This document shows, piece by piece, positions 59,517-64,000 of a stretch of DNA of 64,000 nt. Both the position numbers and the translations under genes were made by a program. The first letter of the stretch is position 1, and each line of letters starts with the position of its first letter. Origin of the DNA: Thermoanaerobaculia bacterium (GTDB lineage: Bacteria; Acidobacteriota; Thermoanaerobaculia; Gp7-AA8); assembly GCA_017883205.1 (NCBI GenBank), contig JADGNZ010000035.1:444-64443 (forward strand), read 5' to 3'. The notes beneath the pieces are model-generated. The model saw only the letters and a list, made by a program, of their open reading frames with translations, ran no database searches and had not been told where the DNA came from.

Positions 59517-59745
59517 GCGGGGAACCTTTTCCGGGGGACGTCACGGAGCCAGGGAACAAGGGTGAAGATCTGCCTACAAGCACGACCCGGAAACCATCCA
59601 CACCCACCCACGCTCCCCCAGCCACCCCTCCCGAGCTCCCGCGGCGCACACACGCCCACCCTTCCCCAACCTTCACCCTTGTTTCCGGGCTCCGGTTTAC
59701 TGCGCGCTCCAGCTCCTTCGACTCCGAGCTACGAGCACTTACCTG

Positions 59746-60696
59746 TCAGCTCTCCGCGACTTCCTGAGAGCTGACAGCTAAGAGCTTCTCCGCAACTCGC
59801 AACTTCGCGCTGCGCGACCGCGGATTGCGATCAATTTCTTCCTCCGAAGCAGTGACCGGACGGCTTGTCAGAATCTTCACGACCTCTTTCGCACCGCACC
59901 CGCAGACCGGCAGGTTCGGGGGACAGGTGCACTCCCCTTCCAACCGCCGCAATGCACGTTTGACGATGCGATCCTCGAGTGAATGGAACGCGATGATTGC
60001 GATGCGCGCTCCCCTTTCCAGAACGCTGACGGCGTCATCAACGAACTTGTCGAGTCCCACCAACTCCTCGTTTGCGGCGATGCGAAGCGCCTGGAACGTG
60101 AGCGTCGATGGATCGATCTCGCGAAACCGCGGCTTCTTCACGCTCCGCACGATCTCCGCGAGCCGTGCCGTCGTTTCGATCGGCCCCTCGGCACGCGCAT
60201 TGACGATCGCTCGAGCGATGCCGCGCGCCATCGGCTCTTCGCCGTATTCGCGCAGGATCGTCGCGAGCTCGCGCTCGCCGAGCGTGTTGACCAGCTCCGC
60301 GGCTGTCGTCGACTCCGGCCCCATCCGCATGTCGAGCGGCGCGTCGTAGCGGAATGAGAATCCGCGCGATGCGTCATCCAATTGCATAGACGAGACGCCG
60401 AGGTCGGCGAGAAGTCCGCTGACCGACTCGATCTTCTGCTTCTTCAGGATGTCAATGAGCGTCTCGTGGCGGCCCTGTGCGAGCGTCACGCGGTCTCCGA
60501 ATTTCTCCAGCCTCGCTGCCGACGCGGTCAGCGCCGCCGGATCGCGGTCGATGCCCAGGAGCCGGATCGATGGGTAGCGCGTCAGCAGTGCTTCCGCGTG
60601 TCCACCGAGCCCGATCGTGGCATCGACGAGCGTTCCGTCATCGCGCGAGGGACGGAGAAACTCGACGATTTCGCTTAAAAGAACCGACTGGTGCAT
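59746..60696 (-). CDS. rsmH: 16S rRNA m4C1402 methyltransferase
   Basis: HQSVL, DATIGLGGH, DLGVSSMQLD, LDMRM, FHSLEDR, NPRSRSAKLR. Confidence 0.97.
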   Translation of the reverse strand: MHQSVLLSEIVEFLRPSRDDGTLVDATIGLGGHAEALLTRYPSIRLLGIDRDPAALTASAARLEKFGDRVTLAQGRHETLIDILKKQKIESVSGLLADLGVSSMQLDDASRGFSFRYDAPLDMRMGPESTTAAELVNTLGERELATILREYGEEPMARGIARAIVNARAEGPIETTARLAEIVRSVKKPRFREIDPSTLTFQALRIAANEELVGLDKFVDDAVSVLERGARIAIIAFHSLEDRIVKRALRRLEGECTCPPNLPVCGCGAKEVVKILTSRPVTASEEEIDRNPRSRSAKLRVAEKLLAVSSQEVAES

Positions 60697-60702
60697 GACA
60701 TC

Positions 60703-61155
60703 TCACACACCGTGCAACTCCAACTCTTTCCAATCCTCGGCGCTCATCGGCGTCTCGGACATCCGCTGCTGGATCTTTTCGCCGTTCTCGACGATGAGGT
60801 GGTCCGTGTTCCCGAGGACGACGACGTCTTCGGTGATGCCGGCGACGTTGCGAAGGATCGTCGGGATCAACACCCGCCCCTGCGCATCGATCGTTGCCGC
60901 GTGGCCGAAGAAGTTCACCTTTTCCATCAACTTGTTCTTCGCCATCGACGACGACGGCACTTTGGAAAGGCGTCCCTGGTACGCGTACCAGACCGCCATG
61001 GGATAGATGAGAGCCCGCTCTCCGTCCATCGAAGTGATGAAGCACTCGGAGCCGTGCTGCTCTTCAATGAGCTTGCGGAAGTTCGAGGGGATCTTGAGAC
61101 GACCCTTCTCGTCGACCTTCGCCGGGGCATGCCCCATCAAGACTGGCTCGACCAT
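60703..61155 (-). CDS. mraZ: Transcriptional regulator MraZ
   Basis: Two DxxGR motifs (VDEKGRLKIP, IDAQGRVLIP); start 61155 or 61137. Confidence 0.92.
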   Translation of the reverse strand: MVEPVLMGHAPAKVDEKGRLKIPSNFRKLIEEQHGSECFITSMDGERALIYPMAVWYAYQGRLSKVPSSSMAKNKLMEKVNFFGHAATIDAQGRVLIPTILRNVAGITEDVVVLGNTDHLIVENGEKIQQRMSETPMSAEDWKELELHGV

Positions 61156-61191
61156 TTCCGCTCTGACTTTCGTGTTTCGAAGGCTCCTTGT

Positions 61192-61227
61192 ACCACTACC
61201 GACCACTACTGTCCACAAAAATCCACT
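61192..61227 (-). promoter_or_regulatory. MraZ-binding repeats
   Basis: Four GTGG(A/T) boxes at an exact 10-bp period (ccac at 61193, 61203, 61213, 61223). Confidence 0.85.
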
Positions 61228-61235
61228 CACGGTAG

Positions 61236-61265
61236 AAAAAAGGGGGGAGATCGCTCTCTCCCCTT
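61236..61265 (-). terminator. Intrinsic terminator
   Basis: AAGGGGAGAGA-gcga-TCTCCCCCCTTTTTT (GNRA loop, one mismatch). Confidence 0.8.
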
Positions 61266-61367
61266 AACGGACCCGCGCTTCAGCGGCGTGGCCCGCGACG
61301 CGGAACGGTAAGGCACTTGCGAGGCGGCAACCCAGCGGGCCACGTCCGCTGAAAGCGGCACTTATGG
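61262..61367 (-). mobile_element. attC-like integron cassette site 2
   Basis: CCATAAG..CTTTCAGCggacgtggcccgc ... gcgggccacgccGCTGAAG..GTTAAGG; the ORF stop lies inside R''. Confidence 0.65.
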
Positions 61368-61778
61368 CGTCTGGCCTCTGAGAAGAGTACCGGCATTTCG
61401 TTCGAGAACCAGTGCTACGACGGCACCCAGATCTCGCATCCCACGCAATACAAATACCTTCTGGCGACCTGCGGAGAAGACAACATAGCCGCTATTCCAC
61501 TCCCGAGCGTCAATCTCCCGGATATCAGTGATCGCGATATCAAAGTGTCGTTGAGGCACAACGAAAATCAACTTGCCTTCATCGACAAGCACACTTCTCG
61601 GAACAGACAAGAAGGACCACCAAGCCAACGGAACCATGACCGTGCCGAGTATCCAGAGAACCACCGGAACGTGCTGGCCTGCGAGAGCCTCGACGGCCAC
61701 GCCGGCATAACCCGCAGTCACGACGGCTGGTGCTAGCCACAAAAACAAGTGTTGCAACCTCGTTGTCGTCGCCTGCAC
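61362..61778 (-). CDS. Hypothetical two-TM protein (cassette ORF, possible bacterial PH-like tail)
   Basis: Two hydrophobic helices then a beta-rich region; atypical composition; bounded by attC-like sites. Confidence 0.6.
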   Translation of the reverse strand: MQATTTRLQHLFLWLAPAVVTAGYAGVAVEALAGQHVPVVLWILGTVMVPLAWWSFLSVPRSVLVDEGKLIFVVPQRHFDIAITDIREIDAREWNSGYVVFSAGRQKVFVLRGMRDLGAVVALVLERNAGTLLRGQTP

Positions 61779-61787
61779 GTGTCTGCC

Positions 61788-61891
61788 GCCCAACGTTCAA
61801 AAGTCAGCGGCGCTGTGCCGCACGCCGAATGGTAACGTACTTGGGACCCAGCAGGTTGCGGCACAGCGTCCGCTGGACCGCAAAATTGGGC
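61788..61891 (-). mobile_element. attC-like integron cassette site 1
   Basis: GCCCAAT-5nt-GGTCCAGCggacgctgtgccgca ... tgcggcacagcgccGCTGACT-7nt-GTTGGGC. Confidence 0.72.
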
Positions 61892-61948
61892 TTCGCGTCC
61901 TCGCGTCATCGTGGAGCGCCGCATGATCGTTGGACATCGAGCTCGTTC

Positions 61949-62356
61949 TTAGATCGGCGGGAACTGATCTCCCTCCCGGATGGTGTAGCCATAGCAGGAT
62001 GCACCAACGAAGCTGACTCCTGCCAGGACCGCTCCTTCGAAGTCGACGTCCTCGACTGCTGCGAGTTCGAACGACGCGCCGGTGAGATCAGCGCCCCGGA
62101 AGCTCGCACACTTGACGTTGCACTCTCGAAAGCTTGTGCCGCGTAGGCTGGCCCCTTCGAAATTGGTGCTTGAGAACCAAGACCACTTTTCGAACGATGC
62201 GCCGTCCAAAGCGGCGCCCGAAAGATCGGCATCACTCAGTTCAGTGTTCGGGAAGTTTCGCTCCCCGCAGGAGTACCGTCGCAGCAACTCTTCGGGGCTC
62301 GCGGGCGGCCGGTAGTCCTGTGGCATGTCAGACATTCCCATGTTCGCGACGCCCAT
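61949..62356 (-). CDS. Pentapeptide-repeat protein (cassette ORF)
   Basis: EELLRRY..GERNF, then A(D/S)(L/F)xG repeats; the start may be a downstream ATG. Confidence 0.85.
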   Translation of the reverse strand: MGVANMGMSDMPQDYRPPASPEELLRRYSCGERNFPNTELSDADLSGAALDGASFEKWSWFSSTNFEGASLRGTSFRECNVKCASFRGADLTGASFELAAVEDVDFEGAVLAGVSFVGASCYGYTIREGDQFPPI

Positions 62357-62364
62357 CTTCCCGT

Positions 62365-64000
62365 TCAGTCCCCGATCGGCGGGCCGGGCGGCACCTCGGG
62401 TAGCTTCGGTTGTGCGCGCGGCTGATCCGGACGAGCGAGAAAGCGCTCGATGTCGTCGCGCATGGCGTGGCGATGCGCGACCTCGGCCTCATCGCGAATT
62501 CCGGCGTCGGTAAGCTTCGCCGCCAGCCGGCGCAGTCCCTCGCTCGCCTCGGCGCGCACTTGGGGATCGGCGTCGGCGTTCGCAGCGAGGTTCATCAGCC
62601 GCGTCGCTGCCAGGCGTGCCGAGGCGCGCGTGATCGCCCCGCGGTAGCCGCTTTCGCGTCTCGTGACGGTCGTGATGACATCGTTGACGACCTCGTTGAA
62701 ATCGGGATTCGCAGCATCCTCGGCGTGAAATTGCACGAGCCGCGCGGCGCGGCGGGCATCGAGCAGCGCGGCGAGCGTGATATCGGCCGACGCCATCGCC
62801 GCGCTGACCGGATCGAACGCCGGCGTCGTGTGGTGCTCGAACAGTTCCGTGTCGCTGGTGACGTCGACATTCCCGCGCGGCGGGATGAGCCCGAGGATGC
62901 GCGGCGGAATCTCGAGAAACGCAGGATCGAGGGTCGACAGCACCACGTTCAGTGCCTCGCGTTGCGCCGCGGCAGGAACGATGCGCCGCGTCGGCGTCGG
63001 CACCAGCCCCCCCTCCTCTTTCACGCTGTAGCGGTAATCGAGACCGCCGATCGACTTCGCCGCCGCCTCGAGCTGATAGCGATGATGCAGGTAGAGCGGC
63101 ACGAGCATCTCTTCGAGCTGCGCCAGCGGCGTCCCCATGGGAATGTTGCGCAGTCCGAACTGCGAGAGAGCGATGCGGCGCACTTCGATCTCGTGGCGCA
63201 GCATGGCAACGTTGTTTCCCGGCGAATCCCACACCGAGGCATCCGGATGCGCGGCACTGACCGGGCGCGACTCCGGATCGGTAATGAAGAGCGGCGCCTC
63301 GCGGACGATGCGGTCGAGCTCCTGCTCTTCGTTCGCGCCCGGCGCAAACTGCGCGTAGGCGTAGCGGATCACCCACTTGTCGTACGAGCCGATGCTCTTC
63401 GTGTAGGCATCGGACAGGTCAAGCTTTCCATCTGTGATCTTCACGTACGGCGACGGATAGTCCATGACCGAGGCGCGGCCGAAGCTGGAGGCGGCCATGT
63501 TGTGATCGAGGCCGAGCGTGTGACCGGTCTCGTGCGCGGCGAGCTGGCGGATGCGCGCGAGCGCCATCATCGACGGCGACGTCGCAGGATCGAGATCTGA
63601 CAGTGCCTTGTCATGCAGCTCATCGAACTGCGGGATCATCCCCTCGGCGAGCATCACATCCTGGCGGATGCGCAGCGATCCGAGCGTAACGTTGCCCTTG
63701 ATGATCTCGCCGGTTCGCGGATCGATGACCGCCGCGCCATAGGACCAGCCGCGTTGGGCGCGATGCACCCAGTTGATCATGTTGTAGCGAAGGTCCATCG
63801 GATCGGCGTCGGGCGGCAGCACCTTCACCTGAAACGCATTCTTGAAACCGGCGGCTTCGAAGGCGGCGCTCCACCACGAAACGCCTTCCAGCAACGCGCT
63901 GCGAATCGGTTCCGGCGCGCCGGCGTCGACGTAGTAGACGATCGGCTCGACCGGCTCGGAAACGGCGGCGCTGGGATCTTTCTTGATCAAACGATGCCGC
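62365..64000 (-). CDS. Zinc-dependent metalloprotease (EcxA/DUF4953-type metzincin), 5'-truncated
   Basis: PIVYY, W..AFEAAGF, DPRTGEI, HETGHTLGLDHN, SVMDY. Confidence 0.9.
   Translation of the reverse strand, partial: RHRLIKKDPSAAVSEPVEPIVYYVDAGAPEPIRSALLEGVSWWSAAFEAAGFKNAFQVKVLPPDADPMDLRYNMINWVHRAQRGWSYGAAVIDPRTGEIIKGNVTLGSLRIRQDVMLAEGMIPQFDELHDKALSDLDPATSPSMMALARIRQLAAHETGHTLGLDHNMAASSFGRASVMDYPSPYVKITDGKLDLSDAYTKSIGSYDKWVIRYAYAQFAPGANEEQELDRIVREAPLFITDPESRPVSAAHPDASVWDSPGNNVAMLRHEIEVRRIALSQFGLRNIPMGTPLAQLEEMLVPLYLHHRYQLEAAAKSIGGLDYRYSVKEEGGLVPTPTRRIVPAAAQREALNVVLSTLDPAFLEIPPRILGLIPPRGNVDVTSDTELFEHHTTPAFDPVSAAMASADITLAALLDARRAARLVQFHAEDAANPDFNEVVNDVITTVTRRESGYRGAITRASARLAATRLMNLAANADADPQVRAEASEGLRRLAAKLTDAGIRDEAEVAHRHAMRDDIERFLARPDQPRAQPKLPEVPPGPPIGD

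Noticed and set aside
57109-59565. Long antisense ORFs (818 aa here; also 25295..26761, 33691..34896, 37920..39710)
   Set aside because: Shadow ORFs opposite well-supported genes in high-GC DNA.
61949-62356. Qnr quinolone-resistance gene
   Set aside because: Only 135 aa or fewer and no Qnr-specific loops recognised; treated as a generic pentapeptide protein.

Overview
High-GC bacterial chromosomal segment; gene content and order suggest Acidobacteriota (inference only). It is mostly housekeeping: a stand-alone ddl, psd-pssA plus a degenerate asd paralog, an ECF sigma operon, hrcA-grpE-dnaK-dnaJ with a CIRCE operator, ppa-prmA, rarA, ppiD, mreBCD-mrdA, HU-guaA, and the dcw cluster mraZ to ftsZ with MraZ boxes. 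No rRNA, tRNA, CRISPR, integrase or transposase was seen. The most notable items are: (1) an accessory two-gene locus encoding a triple-TIR-like protein and a membrane-anchored nSTAND1 NTPase whose post-TM tail ends in a cold-shock/OB-like domain; (2) right after it, a ~500 bp non-coding insert bracketed by a duplicated gene 3' end, holding twelve 22-bp self-palindromic units with compensatory changes and a 25-bp perfect hairpin; (3) two integron-like attC cassettes with no integrase in the window, apparently inserted at a GAT site between a gene's stop codon and its terminator; (4) a dense population of intergenic hairpins built from 7-10-mer repeats, some of which have invaded coding sequences; (5) toxin-antitoxin remnants; (6) two related stem-loops with G-rich loops inside the dcw operon. 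All protein calls come from motif recognition by eye; no database search was run.
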